DNA from: Escherichia phage phi92 | Length of the DNA stretch: 64,000 bases | Sequence record: NC_023693.1 | Strand: one strand, 5' to 3' | Shown here: one piece after another, positions 28,846-39,406 of the stretch | Layout: each line of letters begins with the position of its first letter | Position numbering within the stretch: the first letter of the stretch is position 1 | The notes under the pieces: model-generated | The model's database searches: none | Seen by the model: the letters and a program-made list of their open reading frames with translations, nothing else | Told to the model about the DNA's origin: nothing | Translations under genes and position numbers: made by a program

Positions 28846-29930
28846 TAAAAGTCTAACTCCTCGTCATCACTTACATCTTTATTTGCTGAATTCAGTTTGT
28901 AAGCTGTAATTTGGATCTCCTGTGCTGCTGCTTGAATTTGATCTGGATTTAACCAAACATCCATCCAAGGCAGTGGACTTTTCTTCGGTGCACGGAATTT
29001 GTGTTTCATTTTCAGTCTGCGATAGATAGGCGCAGCATTGAAGTAAACCCAAAGTTTGAACAGCTCTGCGTTACCACCAACAATAATCCTTCCTTCACTA
29101 AACAGATAGTCACACCAATCTTCCTCTTGTCCAACTACCGTGTCAAGAATTTCTGTCAGAACGTCGATATTATCTTCGTATACTTTTCTCCAGACAGGAT
29201 CTTTCAGCAGTGCATCAATAATAGCATAATCCATTTTAACGTGCAATAGTTCATCCAACATAATTTTTTGAATGAGTTTAGCTGCACCTACAAACAGTTG
29301 CTGCTCTGCTAAGGCAAATGTTGCAGCAAAAGATGATATGAATTGAATGCCTTCCAGACCGATAAGTGCAATCATTCCTTTCAGAATCAGTAGACGAAGG
29401 TTATCATCCTTCTCAATCAGACCTAGAGCATATTTATGCCCTGCCTCTGCCAGATCACTCATTATCTCTTCAACTATACCCATCCTCTGGAAGATTCTTT
29501 CGTTCTCCATAATCTGATCGATAACTTCATTTGGATTAGGGATACACTGACGAATAATTTCAGAATATGTCAAAGCGTGTAAAACTTCCATTTCTGATTG
29601 CTTCATCATCATTGCACATGCTTCGTTGTTGCTTAAAAATGGTGCAAACAAAGTGATGATTGATTTAGCAAGTGAATCATTTTCCCATTGGAAAGATAGG
29701 TTTTTGATCATAACATCATAGTTGCTTTTAGAACAAGCTACGAAATCTTTTCGTGTCTGATCTAAGTTTACTTCGTTTTCATCCCAGTCTTGCTGTTTTT
29801 GTAGTTTGTACAGACGATGCATTTCTGGGTATGTTACATTAATAGAATCAAAAATACCTAACTGTTCTCCCAAAAATACAGGGTAGAAACCTTCTTTGTA
29901 AGTGTCGTTGTATAAGTTAATTGCTGCCAT
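28845..29930 (-). CDS. nrdB: ribonucleotide reductase small subunit
   Basis: di-iron/tyrosyl-radical R2 blocks (EACAMMMKQSEMEVLHALTYSE; GLEGIQFISSFAATFA). Confidence 0.85.
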   Translation of the reverse strand: MAAINLYNDTYKEGFYPVFLGEQLGIFDSINVTYPEMHRLYKLQKQQDWDENEVNLDQTRKDFVACSKSNYDVMIKNLSFQWENDSLAKSIITLFAPFLSNNEACAMMMKQSEMEVLHALTYSEIIRQCIPNPNEVIDQIMENERIFQRMGIVEEIMSDLAEAGHKYALGLIEKDDNLRLLILKGMIALIGLEGIQFISSFAATFALAEQQLFVGAAKLIQKIMLDELLHVKMDYAIIDALLKDPVWRKVYEDNIDVLTEILDTVVGQEEDWCDYLFSEGRIIVGGNAELFKLWVYFNAAPIYRRLKMKHKFRAPKKSPLPWMDVWLNPDQIQAAAQEIQITAYKLNSANKDVSDDEELDF

Positions 29931-29931
29931 T

Positions 29932-29960
29932 TAAAAATTCTCCTCAATAAAAAGGGGCCG
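29932..29960 (-). terminator. rho-independent terminator
   Basis: AAGGGGTTTCGGCCCCTT hairpin then TTTTATTG on minus strand. Confidence 0.5.
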
Positions 29961-29974
29961 AAACCCCTTGATGT

Positions 29975-30631
29975 TTAGCCTTGGAACACTGTTTTTGTTT
30001 CTGCCAAGTGATAGTATAAATCTGCCTTGTTTATAAGAGTGTTGTATACCTCTTGACAAAAATGTTCTTCCTCTTTGTAACGATTCGCTGTTTCCCTGAT
30101 CGACTTGGCTTTATCTTTTAACCAAGCGAAGTGTGCCTCTTCCTCTGTAGCGAAATAGCCTAAATGCTTGCTTTTGCTTCCAGAAGTTTTGGCATAAATC
30201 TTGCCATCTTTCCTAATATGCGCTCCGAGTAAGTATTTCCTTTTATGTCTCTTGGCATAACTTAAAAGTGTATTGATATAGGGAGGAACAAACCTACAAT
30301 ATTCAGGACAATAGACAGTATTTCCCTCAAGAACAAGATCTTTGTCTAAAACAAAACCTTCGACATTGTGTTCTTGATACCAATTATCAAAATTTGAAAA
30401 AGTAAACCAAGCATCACAGACGGTAACATCTTTATACCCTGGTCTAATATCTTCCATCTTATATGCACGATGAAACATGCCTTTCCAAGCTGCATAGGAA
30501 GGGTCTATGAATGTGTTAACCCTTTTCCCGTTGACAACGCCACCTTCCCACAATCTACGTTCAACATCCACAATCAAGGGGATTTCTCCCCTCTCTGTGA
30601 GAACAGTAACTTTACGTTTACCCTTCTTCAC
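29975..30631 (-). CDS. putative homing endonuclease with AP2-type DNA-binding domain
   Basis: HLGYFATEEEAHFAW AP2-like block; free-standing ORF between nrdA and nrdB. Confidence 0.5.
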   Translation of the reverse strand: MKKGKRKVTVLTERGEIPLIVDVERRLWEGGVVNGKRVNTFIDPSYAAWKGMFHRAYKMEDIRPGYKDVTVCDAWFTFSNFDNWYQEHNVEGFVLDKDLVLEGNTVYCPEYCRFVPPYINTLLSYAKRHKRKYLLGAHIRKDGKIYAKTSGSKSKHLGYFATEEEAHFAWLKDKAKSIRETANRYKEEEHFCQEVYNTLINKADLYYHLAETKTVFQG

Positions 30632-30639
30632 CTGTCCTC

Positions 30640-32904
30640 CTACATTTTACAGGCGCTACACCCCTCGTCTTCAGAATCTTCTTGAGCGAGTGAGGATGCC
30701 GATTTTGTTCTGCTATTTAGATAGTACAAAGATTTACCACCAAGTTTTGCAAACTGAAGAATATATTGCATTTCTGATTTAATGGATAAACGACCACCTT
30801 CCATCTTAGAATAGTCAATCCACTTATCACATGATGCACCTTGATCTAAGAATTTAGTCAACAGTCCATATGCTTCAGCCATATCTTTATCTGGTGTATC
30901 CCAAGCCGATTGGTAAATATCTTTTAGTTTATCGTAGTCTGGCACAATAAACAGAACATTACCCTTTTGGCTTTGTTTATAAACTATAGTATCACGTACA
31001 GGATACACAGAGTTAGTCGTATTACTTACAAGACTACTGGACTCATTTGGAGCAATAGCTGCTAATACGCTATTTCGGATACCACCTTGTGCAATGATAT
31101 CTTGTCGTAAACCTTCCCAATCCATTTTAAGTTTAAAATTGCCAATATCGTCTACAGCTTTAGCGTAGGTATCAATAGGCAACCATCCTTCAGGCCATTT
31201 GGTTTTATGCATCCATTCTGCATTACCTTTCTCTTTTGCCAAACGAAGAGAAGCTCTTGCTAACCAGTAATAATGCCTTTCTGCTAATTCGTGAATTAGT
31301 TTTTTGCCGTAAGGATCTGAATAAGTAACAAAATTACTTGCCAGATAATGTGCAAGGTTTGTAATACCTACACCGATAGACCTACGTGCTTTAGCAGTGA
31401 TTTCGTTATGTTTAAACGGATACTGCATTGTTTCAATAACATTATCAATAGTTAGAACGGTATAGTATGCAACATCTTCATATTCTTCTGGTGTAACACG
31501 ACCAGCTACAATAGAAGACAGGAAGCATAATGCCAATTCTTGATCTTCTGTATTCTCACCTGTGAAAAGATCAGTCATATTGTGAAATGCTTTCGTAGGT
31601 AAGAAAATTTCTTGGCACAAGTTTGACTGATAAATAACATCCTTAAACGGGGTATGTTTATTAGCATTATCCGCAAAGAACATATAAATACGTCCTGTCT
31701 CTGCTCTTTGTGTAATAATTTCTGCCAGAAGATCTCGTGCTTTTACAAACTTTTTCTTAATTCGTTTGCGACTAACTTTTTCATATACTTCTTCAAACTC
31801 TTCCTCGCTTTTATAAAGCGCATCATAGAGTTCTGGTGCTTCGTCATAACTAACTAGCATCCAATCTTTACCTTTTGCTGCACGGCGCAGGAAAGCATTG
31901 TTTACTACGATAGAGTAATCAAGTTTATCTACTCGTTTTTCACTAACAGTAGTTGGGTTTTTCAAACGTACCAGATCTTCAAAATCAGGTTCTAGTATTG
32001 TAAACGTTACTGTTGCACTTCCACCACGACTTGCTTGTTTTGATGCTCCAACACTTGTCTCCATCCATTTCAGATATGGTAAAAGACCACCGTGAACGAT
32101 ACGGTTGTTCTTAACACCTTGTCCTGTGGCACGGGTTTGAAGGTTAACACCAATACCTGCATTATTCAATGTATATTCATGCGCAAGATAGTTAGCAATT
32201 GCTAAAGATTCTGCTGTATCGTCTGCTCTAAACAGACAACAAGAAGCACTACCTTTAATCTTAGTACGCAAAGTTGTTAAATAAGGCGATGGTAAATTAA
32301 TCTTAAGATCACTTACGTAGGTATATAGACGTTTAATGTCTTCTACTCTGCGATCTTTTGGTTGGATTTCCATTACCTTCATTGCTACACCAATGAATAA
32401 AAACTGTGGTGATTCAAAAACAACATCATTGATCGCATCTTTCACAAGATACTTATCAACCATCTGGCGCAGTACGGAATAACCATAAGTTAGGTTTTTA
32501 TCGTGATTGACAATTTTACCAATCTCAATAATTTCTTCTTCTGTATAATCCATTTTTCCCCAATAGCCTTTACTTACAGACATATTGTAGAAATCCAGGA
32601 GGGAGGGGATATTGTGATATCCCCCATGAGCCTGTTTATAAATCATACCAAGAAGTAACCGACCTGCCATATCACTATATGCCTGATCTTTCTTATCAAT
32701 ACATGCTGCTATCATAGCTTTATGTAAATCACGAGTAGGCACACCGTCGTAACAACGTTTAACAGCTTCGAGTTCAATTTCAGACCAATTTAATTTACCA
32801 GCAGCAAACTCTGACCATTTACGAAGTTTTTCTGGATTAAATTCTTCTTTCTTGCCGTTTGTTTTTGTTACATAACGGATAGATTTGCTTAGATACTGAG
32901 TCAC
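30640..32904 (-). CDS. nrdA: ribonucleotide reductase large subunit (class Ia)
   Basis: 754 aa; SNLCQEIFLP active-site Cys block, N-terminal ATP-cone-like region. Confidence 0.9.
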   Translation of the reverse strand: MTQYLSKSIRYVTKTNGKKEEFNPEKLRKWSEFAAGKLNWSEIELEAVKRCYDGVPTRDLHKAMIAACIDKKDQAYSDMAGRLLLGMIYKQAHGGYHNIPSLLDFYNMSVSKGYWGKMDYTEEEIIEIGKIVNHDKNLTYGYSVLRQMVDKYLVKDAINDVVFESPQFLFIGVAMKVMEIQPKDRRVEDIKRLYTYVSDLKINLPSPYLTTLRTKIKGSASCCLFRADDTAESLAIANYLAHEYTLNNAGIGVNLQTRATGQGVKNNRIVHGGLLPYLKWMETSVGASKQASRGGSATVTFTILEPDFEDLVRLKNPTTVSEKRVDKLDYSIVVNNAFLRRAAKGKDWMLVSYDEAPELYDALYKSEEEFEEVYEKVSRKRIKKKFVKARDLLAEIITQRAETGRIYMFFADNANKHTPFKDVIYQSNLCQEIFLPTKAFHNMTDLFTGENTEDQELALCFLSSIVAGRVTPEEYEDVAYYTVLTIDNVIETMQYPFKHNEITAKARRSIGVGITNLAHYLASNFVTYSDPYGKKLIHELAERHYYWLARASLRLAKEKGNAEWMHKTKWPEGWLPIDTYAKAVDDIGNFKLKMDWEGLRQDIIAQGGIRNSVLAAIAPNESSSLVSNTTNSVYPVRDTIVYKQSQKGNVLFIVPDYDKLKDIYQSAWDTPDKDMAEAYGLLTKFLDQGASCDKWIDYSKMEGGRLSIKSEMQYILQFAKLGGKSLYYLNSRTKSASSLAQEDSEDEGCSACKM

Positions 32905-32915
32905 TTCCTCTCCTA

Positions 32916-33176
32916 TTAATTATGCATATTTAGAACATCTACATCATAACCGCCACGCATCTCATTATATAAGCCATTTGCGTATAGAAAACCTTCAAAA
33001 TGATCTATACCTTCAAAACCTTTTGCCTTTGCTTTGCGGTCTGCTTCTTGTCTTTTTGGAGATAATCTTTTAGATGTATCAAGGATAACTGTTACATTGC
33101 AACCTAATGTTTCATCAAAATAGACTTCAATTTCACAGCCTTCATATTTATTACTTTCTGTCATTTGGCCTCTCAA
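32916..33176 (-). CDS. hypothetical protein
   Basis: 86 aa. Confidence 0.5.
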   Translation of the reverse strand: MRGQMTESNKYEGCEIEVYFDETLGCNVTVILDTSKRLSPKRQEADRKAKAKGFEGIDHFEGFLYANGLYNEMRGGYDVDVLNMHN

Positions 33177-33587
33177 TTAGAATTCAGAATCATCATCTCG
33201 TGATGGATCATGTTCATTTCCGAAGTCTTCCATTTTGATATGAGAGCTACCCCAACCTGTAAAATCTTCTTCTCCAAAGTGCAAAATATCTACACCTTGA
33301 TAGATTCGCTTATATTTATAGTCCTGTCGAACTGGGAAAGTATACAATGTAGTATTTGCAAACACCACACGTCGATTGTTGTTACTACGAATATTAACAC
33401 CACGTTCTACTGTATAATGTCCATCGGTAGACATACCAAGCATTACTAATGCTGCTCGCAATGTAGTGTTATGATACTCGTGAGGAATTTTTCCTCCGTG
33501 TTTTTTAGCCATTTCTTTCCAGATCGGTGTAGCCTTAATGGTAGACATACTTACGGTCGCCCAAATGGTTGTATTAATTAGTGACAT
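33177..33587 (-). CDS. hypothetical protein
   Basis: 136 aa. Confidence 0.5.
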   Translation of the reverse strand: MSLINTTIWATVSMSTIKATPIWKEMAKKHGGKIPHEYHNTTLRAALVMLGMSTDGHYTVERGVNIRSNNNRRVVFANTTLYTFPVRQDYKYKRIYQGVDILHFGEEDFTGWGSSHIKMEDFGNEHDPSRDDDSEF

Positions 33588-33685
33588 AAATTCTCCTTCT
33601 CTCTTTTTAAGGAGAGCTACGCTCTCCTAACGTTAGCCTATACTACACGAATCTCAATTAAAAGTCAACTATAATTTTAAGTTGA

Positions 33686-34657
33686 TCACCATTTTGTATG
33701 GTTAGTCAAAAGTTGACGATGTTGAATCCAACCACAGAAGTTTCCACTCCACAAACGATGTTTACGATCCATATGTGTAATACCTTCTTCCCAAGAGGTA
33801 GGGAACGGAGGAATATTAATACCACCTTTCTGTTGTTTTAATCCTGACAAATCCATTTCTTTCATTGGCGTTGCCTGGTGTTCAAACGGAGATGCATGTA
33901 CCTTTTGTCCAGACAGCAAACGAGAATAGATATCCAATGCTTTATCTTTGGTATCATTCAATTTACGATAACTTACCTGAGCGCAACAAGAAGCTGAAAT
34001 AGCTTTTGCTTCATCTTCTGTCAACATTTTCTCGTTGGAGAAGGTTTCACCCAAGAAATAACGGATCATACCAGTTTCTGGATCTCGATCACGATTAACG
34101 TAAGGTGTATGCCATTCCCCTGGGAAAAGAAGATATGGTTCAGAAGATTCATACAGTTTTTTAATTTCTTTAGCAAGAGCCTCAATAGTAGGATCTGCAT
34201 CAGCATCTACGCGCAACCACAAGAAGTTTTCTAGCTCTGTAGTGGTTACTACAGTCTTCATACGCTGGAATGGTTCTAGTAGGCGGTTTGCAACCTGTTT
34301 ATGATAACCAGCAAGGGCAAACTCTTCTGCAAAACGTGCAGCACTTAGCGCAGCCAAGTCCCACCATTCTTTTGCAGTGTAACCTGCATCAATCAGGGCA
34401 TCGTGATCTGTGCCTTTATCTTGCATACCTGGTTGGTTAGCACCAAAACGATAAGGACGTGCTGGAGATTGCCGTACCATTTCAATTAGAGTTTTAACAG
34501 GGATAGCTCGACTTGATGCGGCATTACGAGAAAACAAACGATGCGTCATCAATTCAGAGTGAATGATTCGAGGATATTCAAGTTCAAAGGTAACAATATC
34601 CTTACCTTCAGATGTTTGAGAGTGTGCAATAATTTTTGCTGAAATAGAGTTTGTCAT
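33686..34657 (-). CDS. ThyX-like flavin-dependent thymidylate synthase (tentative)
   Basis: HRLFSRNAASSR resembles ThyX RHRx7S signature; no ThyA PCH motif; longer than typical ThyX. Confidence 0.4.
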   Translation of the reverse strand: MTNSISAKIIAHSQTSEGKDIVTFELEYPRIIHSELMTHRLFSRNAASSRAIPVKTLIEMVRQSPARPYRFGANQPGMQDKGTDHDALIDAGYTAKEWWDLAALSAARFAEEFALAGYHKQVANRLLEPFQRMKTVVTTTELENFLWLRVDADADPTIEALAKEIKKLYESSEPYLLFPGEWHTPYVNRDRDPETGMIRYFLGETFSNEKMLTEDEAKAISASCCAQVSYRKLNDTKDKALDIYSRLLSGQKVHASPFEHQATPMKEMDLSGLKQQKGGINIPPFPTSWEEGITHMDRKHRLWSGNFCGWIQHRQLLTNHTKW

Positions 34658-34666
34658 TATTTCTCC

Positions 34667-35257
34667 TTAAGGTAGTAAAATACTTTCAATTTCTTCCCAC
34701 TGATTATCTAAACCAGTGATAATTACATTAGGAAGTTTCTTTAACTCTTCCAAGTATGGATCTTCGTAAATAGTGTTGAAATATATTTTCAACGTTTCAT
34801 CTGGAAATAGGACAAGATTTTCAGCCCTATCGTCAATAGTTACGTCGCAAGGTAATAAGTATTTTTCTTTTGTTGCGAAAAAGCCATTACCAGATGTTCT
34901 ACTAAAGTCCACTTTATCTAAAGATCGTGTTACGTGTCTATATTTAGAACTAAGGTGTCCACCCTTAGTGTGGCTTGCTATAGATATATTAGCGCCATTT
35001 GCAATTATACGATGAACAACATCTGTACTATTAGGTACTACTCCCATAGTATCATATAGATGTTGGTTATCCCAAAAAGAGTAAGGATCTACACCAAATT
35101 GCTTTTTAAAATCAGGAAAATATTTCGTAATATCATAATGCACAGTCTTTTGTGTCTTATCAAACTTGATATTAGATCTACTTACCGCATTTAACCAACT
35201 CAACCATTCTATATCGGCAGGAGCTATTACTAAATCCCAATCACATACTAGACGCAT
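34667..35257 (-). CDS. HAD-family 5'(3')-deoxyribonucleotidase-like protein (tentative)
   Basis: start at internal ATG 35257 (AGGAGA SD); CDWDLVIA (DxD-like) and VTIDDRAENL blocks. Confidence 0.4.
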   Translation of the reverse strand: MRLVCDWDLVIAPADIEWLSWLNAVSRSNIKFDKTQKTVHYDITKYFPDFKKQFGVDPYSFWDNQHLYDTMGVVPNSTDVVHRIIANGANISIASHTKGGHLSSKYRHVTRSLDKVDFSRTSGNGFFATKEKYLLPCDVTIDDRAENLVLFPDETLKIYFNTIYEDPYLEELKKLPNVIITGLDNQWEEIESILLP

Positions 35258-35804
35258 TATTTCTCCTGTTATAACATTTTCTACACATTGTTTCGTAAAT
35301 GTCTTCTCCTCCAATAACAATCTGTTCTTTAGAGTCGATAAGTCTAGCATTGAAAATAGCTTTTCTTCCACATTTACAAATGCTTTTCAATTCTGTAATT
35401 GAATCTGCTATGGCTAATAACCGTTCAGAACCTTCAAACAATTCTGTAGCAAAATCTGTTTTAAGCCCATAACAGAATACAGGAATATCGTAATTATCTA
35501 CCACATCTCCAAGAATGTCAACCATATCTTTAGTTAGGAATTGTGATTCGTCAACAAATACTGCATCTACTGGATTTTCTTTAAGCTGTGTATAAATTTC
35601 CAGCATATCTTCTTTTGTTTTAACTGGTTTTGCTTCCTCTTTAATACCTATCCTAGAAGCAATAGCACAACCAGATCTGGTATCTAAAGCTGAAGTTAAA
35701 AGAAGAACTTTCATATTTCTTTCTTTATAGTTCCAAGCTGTTTGTAGCAGGTGTGTGCTTTTACCACTGTTCATCGGACTGTATCGGAAATAAAGTTTAG
35801 CCAT
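35241..35804 (-). CDS. tdk: thymidine kinase
   Basis: P-loop MNSGKST and C-terminal zinc ribbon CxxC...CxxC typical of Tdk. Confidence 0.85.
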   Translation of the reverse strand: MAKLYFRYSPMNSGKSTHLLQTAWNYKERNMKVLLLTSALDTRSGCAIASRIGIKEEAKPVKTKEDMLEIYTQLKENPVDAVFVDESQFLTKDMVDILGDVVDNYDIPVFCYGLKTDFATELFEGSERLLAIADSITELKSICKCGRKAIFNARLIDSKEQIVIGGEDIYETMCRKCYNRRNNASSM

Positions 35805-35849
35805 ATTTTCTCCTCTAACGCTCCCATTTGTGGGAGCGATAATACTTTA

Positions 35850-36425
35850 TTATTTCTCTTCGTCAAGAAGAATTTTTACTATTTGTTTTCTTCGCTTACT
35901 TACTGTACTTTCTGGTGAAATTCCGCGCTTCGTTAGCCAATTTTTATCCTTTTTAGACTGGCATAAAGCTATCGCTTCCTTCTCCGCTTTTGCTTCCCTG
36001 AATGTCATATCGTGCTTGTCAGCGTAAGCCAGGATAGCGTTACACTGCTTACAAACTACACGCAGGTCGTCTTCTGTTACGTACAATAGGCGTAAAACAA
36101 AACTTGGGATATCTTCATAACAGGTTAATGTACCTGCTGCATTAATATGGTCTACTTGAAAGTCTTTCATACCTCCTGTATGTCCACACAATTCACACTT
36201 ACAATTCCAAACCTGTTTCGGTTTGCCTGTTTTCTTATCTAAAACTATATTTCCATCTTTATCCAACCTATCAGCTTTAAACCGTACAGATTGAATCTTT
36301 TTTATCTTATTCGGGTGTCTCACCCATGCTTTCCTTAAGCAACCCCTTAAATATGTATAAAAGGCTGCTTGAGTTTTCCAAGGTGTTCCATCTCCCCAAA
36401 TAACTTTAGGTTCTTTATTTTCCAA
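35850..36425 (-). CDS. HNH endonuclease (homing-type)
   Basis: CELCGHTGG...VDHINAAG...CKQCN HNH motif. Confidence 0.7.
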   Translation of the reverse strand: MENKEPKVIWGDGTPWKTQAAFYTYLRGCLRKAWVRHPNKIKKIQSVRFKADRLDKDGNIVLDKKTGKPKQVWNCKCELCGHTGGMKDFQVDHINAAGTLTCYEDIPSFVLRLLYVTEDDLRVVCKQCNAILAYADKHDMTFREAKAEKEAIALCQSKKDKNWLTKRGISPESTVSKRRKQIVKILLDEEK

Positions 36426-36609
36426 TAGTGCTCACCTTTTTAGCTACATAATCTCCTGGTGGAATGTTATATTTAAAGAAAAGCATACGGTCTAAACCAG
36501 CTTTACACATGTTTTCTGGGATTGTGATTGTATATAGGAGTTTATCTCCACGCTTATTGTATATTTTATATACTTCACCCTCTCCGTATTGTTTACCGTG
36601 AGAAGCCAT
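36415..36609 (-). CDS. hypothetical protein
   Basis: 64 aa. Confidence 0.4.
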   Translation of the reverse strand: MASHGKQYGEGEVYKIYNKRGDKLLYTITIPENMCKAGLDRMLFFKYNIPPGDYVAKKVSTIGK

Positions 36610-36994
36610 CTACACTCTCCTTCAATGCTTCAATAGCATCTGCTGCTTCAATATACTTACCTTTGTACATTGCTTTTAAAGCCTTACGAACAAGATCATC
36701 GTCTGTGTATAAATCAATTAGCTGATTAGCTAACTCAATTTTTACAGGATTTTTTAAGTTAGGGTAGGCTTCATACAACATATTGTAATACTTATCACTT
36801 AATTCTTTTTCAATATGAATAACGTGAATCGCTTTGTTTAGGTTGATCACACGATCACCTTTGTTTCGACAAGCATACTTAGCTAACTTAGTGAAACAAG
36901 GAGTTGCACCAATTAGATATGCAAGTTCCAAAGGTTGCATACGCATACGTTTGTAGTGATCACCATCAATTTGAATATCCAGTGCTGTAGTCAT
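36593..36994 (-). CDS. hypothetical protein
   Basis: 133 aa. Confidence 0.5.
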   Translation of the reverse strand: MTTALDIQIDGDHYKRMRMQPLELAYLIGATPCFTKLAKYACRNKGDRVINLNKAIHVIHIEKELSDKYYNMLYEAYPNLKNPVKIELANQLIDLYTDDDLVRKALKAMYKGKYIEAADAIEALKESVDGFSR

Positions 36995-37000
36995 AAATCC

Positions 37001-37033
37001 TCCAAAAATAAAGGGGCTTTCGCCCCTTTTTAT
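37001..37033. terminator. rho-independent terminator (hairpin with T-runs on both sides)
   Basis: AAAGGGGCTTTCGCCCCTTT flanked by A-run and TTTTTATT. Confidence 0.5.
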
Positions 37034-37995
37034 TAAATTCCAATAACAGTGTTTACACGCTTCTCTTTGCTACGCAAATTAACACGTCCACGAGACAGGC
37101 TATTACATGATGTGCATCTTAGCACTTGGAATGTACTAACCGCTGTTGTGTAAACCTTACCAGGAACAAATTCAAGGTGCTCTTTACCGCAACGAGGACA
37201 ACGAAGTTTTTCATCGTCATAGAATGCAGATACGTTAGGATGTTGTGGAATCCATGCACGAAGTTTGATGTAAAGATCTCTAAGAGAAACAACATCACCA
37301 TCGTTGTATGTTTGCATACGGAAGAAGGCATGTCTATCTCCTTCACAACATGCTTTCCACAAAGGAAAACCTTCATTATCAAGTTTAAAGTTTTCTGTAT
37401 CAAAATACAAACACATTTCTTTAAGCGCATTAGAAGGTAGTGCAAACTGCTTCTTAGCTGCCTTGAGTGTATCAATTACAACATAATGTGATGGTGGCTC
37501 CATACCGTGAAAAGCAAAACGTTGGTTAATATAAGCCTTATCAAACTTAATACCGTTGTGCGCGATCACAATATCTGCATCGTCAAGCAAGTGCCAGAGA
37601 TCTTGACATAATTCCCAATCATCTGTATGATCTATGTCAAACAAAGGGTAATTGCTAAGGTTCTTACCTTCTACTTCCCCTGTTTCTAAATCAGCAGATG
37701 AATAGGAAAGCAAGTAACCTCGACGAATAACTTGTTCAGGTGCAATAAAGGCTTTGAAACGTGAGAAGCTATACACAATCTCCGGTGCTGTCTCTACGTC
37801 AATAATTTTAATTACTGGCCCACCTTTATCTTGCGGAGCACCGCGATGTGGTGAATTTACACGAGCTAAGTAATCATTTACTGTGCTCTTCTTAGTAGAA
37901 CTTCCCAACACCTCTTGTGCAATCTTACGCGAAGAATAACCTTGTGCTTTCATAGATACAATCAAGGCTTTCTGTTCGTCTGTTAATTTACTCAA
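37033..37995 (-). CDS. DnaQ/RNase-H-fold 3'-5' exonuclease with C-terminal zinc ribbon
   Basis: IIDVETAP (Exo I-like), IAHNGIKFDKAYI (Exo II-like), CPRCGK...CTSCN. Confidence 0.55.
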   Translation of the reverse strand: MSKLTDEQKALIVSMKAQGYSSRKIAQEVLGSSTKKSTVNDYLARVNSPHRGAPQDKGGPVIKIIDVETAPEIVYSFSRFKAFIAPEQVIRRGYLLSYSSADLETGEVEGKNLSNYPLFDIDHTDDWELCQDLWHLLDDADIVIAHNGIKFDKAYINQRFAFHGMEPPSHYVVIDTLKAAKKQFALPSNALKEMCLYFDTENFKLDNEGFPLWKACCEGDRHAFFRMQTYNDGDVVSLRDLYIKLRAWIPQHPNVSAFYDDEKLRCPRCGKEHLEFVPGKVYTTAVSTFQVLRCTSCNSLSRGRVNLRSKEKRVNTVIGI

Positions 37996-39026
37996 TGTTC
38001 CTCCTGCTCTGAAATATATGCTTGTAGCATACTTTCAAAAGTTGTTTCATCATTCGCCCAACGTTTCATATATACCAACTGAAAAATTGTCTCTATCCAT
38101 TCATCAGTTGTCATTTCTACTTCTTCACCATCCCAAGAAGTAAATTTAACGCCATCTGGGAACCATTCATAATACTGATCTTTAACTGTCTGAAAAAGTT
38201 CAGCCTGTGTTTTACATTTGGAAATAAGATTAAAGCAAGTAATATCTCCAAATTTAACATCGAAGTCTTGGTAAGGTCGAATACTATCTGTCTTATCACC
38301 CATTAGCATTTGATAAGCTAACCAGTAACTACCCCAACCCTTAACTTCTTTTTTCTTACCTTTTTCTACGATCCAGATATCACCGATAGATTCATCAATC
38401 AGAATAACACAAGGATTTTTATAAACACCATCCTCTTTATAAAAGTTAAAGAGTAAACTTGGTGTATGTAAGCTATCTTTGTCGATAGATGCTACAATAT
38501 GAGAAAACTTACCAGTTTCCTTGTAGGCTTTATACCCTGCATATCCATAGATTTCTAAAGCATCATCTGCCTCAATACCAGTAACAACGTCACCGTTATG
38601 TTTTTCAACTAGATAATCTTTAGTATCTGATAATTGGATTGGTCTTAAATCTGATCGTTCTGATTTATATTCTTTTGGCATTTTGAAAGAATGCCGGAAG
38701 GTTTTTCCTACCCCGATGACACCGCAATACTTTTGAAGTTTTAGGTGATCCACCATCTGGGTTATTTTTGTCTTTGCAGCTTGAAACGTAAAAGAAATAT
38801 TCTCTGGGACTATTTGAACATCTTTTATTTCAAAATCTTCCTTGGAGAACAACTTCTTACCAGCAGCTTCGCGTTGCGCGTTAAGTGCTCCTAACCATCC
38901 TCCAATGTTTTTTGAAGATTTACCCCAAAAATCTGTTCTTGTTTCAAACTCTTTTACATTACCGGAAGCCTTGTGTACAGCGTGGATTTTTCTTTGTTCT
39001 AAAGCTGAAGACGCTTGGAACGCCAC
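37992..39026 (-). CDS. 5'-3' exonuclease / flap endonuclease family (T4 RNase H / T5 D15-like)
   Basis: TGIEADDALEIYGY and LMGDKTDSIRP match FEN blocks GYEADD and GDxSDNIPG. Confidence 0.55.
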   Translation of the reverse strand: MAFQASSALEQRKIHAVHKASGNVKEFETRTDFWGKSSKNIGGWLGALNAQREAAGKKLFSKEDFEIKDVQIVPENISFTFQAAKTKITQMVDHLKLQKYCGVIGVGKTFRHSFKMPKEYKSERSDLRPIQLSDTKDYLVEKHNGDVVTGIEADDALEIYGYAGYKAYKETGKFSHIVASIDKDSLHTPSLLFNFYKEDGVYKNPCVILIDESIGDIWIVEKGKKKEVKGWGSYWLAYQMLMGDKTDSIRPYQDFDVKFGDITCFNLISKCKTQAELFQTVKDQYYEWFPDGVKFTSWDGEEVEMTTDEWIETIFQLVYMKRWANDETTFESMLQAYISEQEEH

Positions 39027-39118
39027 TTGATCGTAGTCTATTGCAAGAATTGTGTTCTCGTCAACATATTTGTGCAGGTCTTCCGGTTGGATTAAAATGT
39101 AACCGCTAATATTACCTC

Positions 39119-39331
39119 CTATTCGTCATCTGAACTCTCTGTTGAGAATGTTCGTGTGTAGGGACACTGACGACTTGCAGAAACCTCTATAACCTTGTCG
39201 TACATACCGTTAGAGTAAAAACAGTATTTTGTACTTCCAGAAACTTGTTCTCCAGAATTAATTAAAGTTATTTGACCAGCATAAGAATAAGAACTGATTA
39301 CTAAAAGTAAACCGACAAGAAGTTTTTTCAT
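39119..39331 (-). CDS. small secreted protein
   Basis: N-terminal signal peptide MKKLLVGLLLVISSYSYA. Confidence 0.5.
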   Translation of the reverse strand: MKKLLVGLLLVISSYSYAGQITLINSGEQVSGSTKYCFYSNGMYDKVIEVSASRQCPYTRTFSTESSDDE

Positions 39332-39406
39332 TGGTGTGTCTCCTTAAAAGCCCACCTAACTAAGTAGGTAGGCATATTAACACATATTAAATTAGTAAGT
39401 CAAGTG

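Noticed and set aside
37119-37486. Three overlapping ORFs (37119-37475 minus, 37126-37440 plus, 37304-37486 plus) inside the exonuclease gene
   Set aside because: Nested within a 320 aa ORF that has recognisable exonuclease motifs; alternative-frame artefacts.
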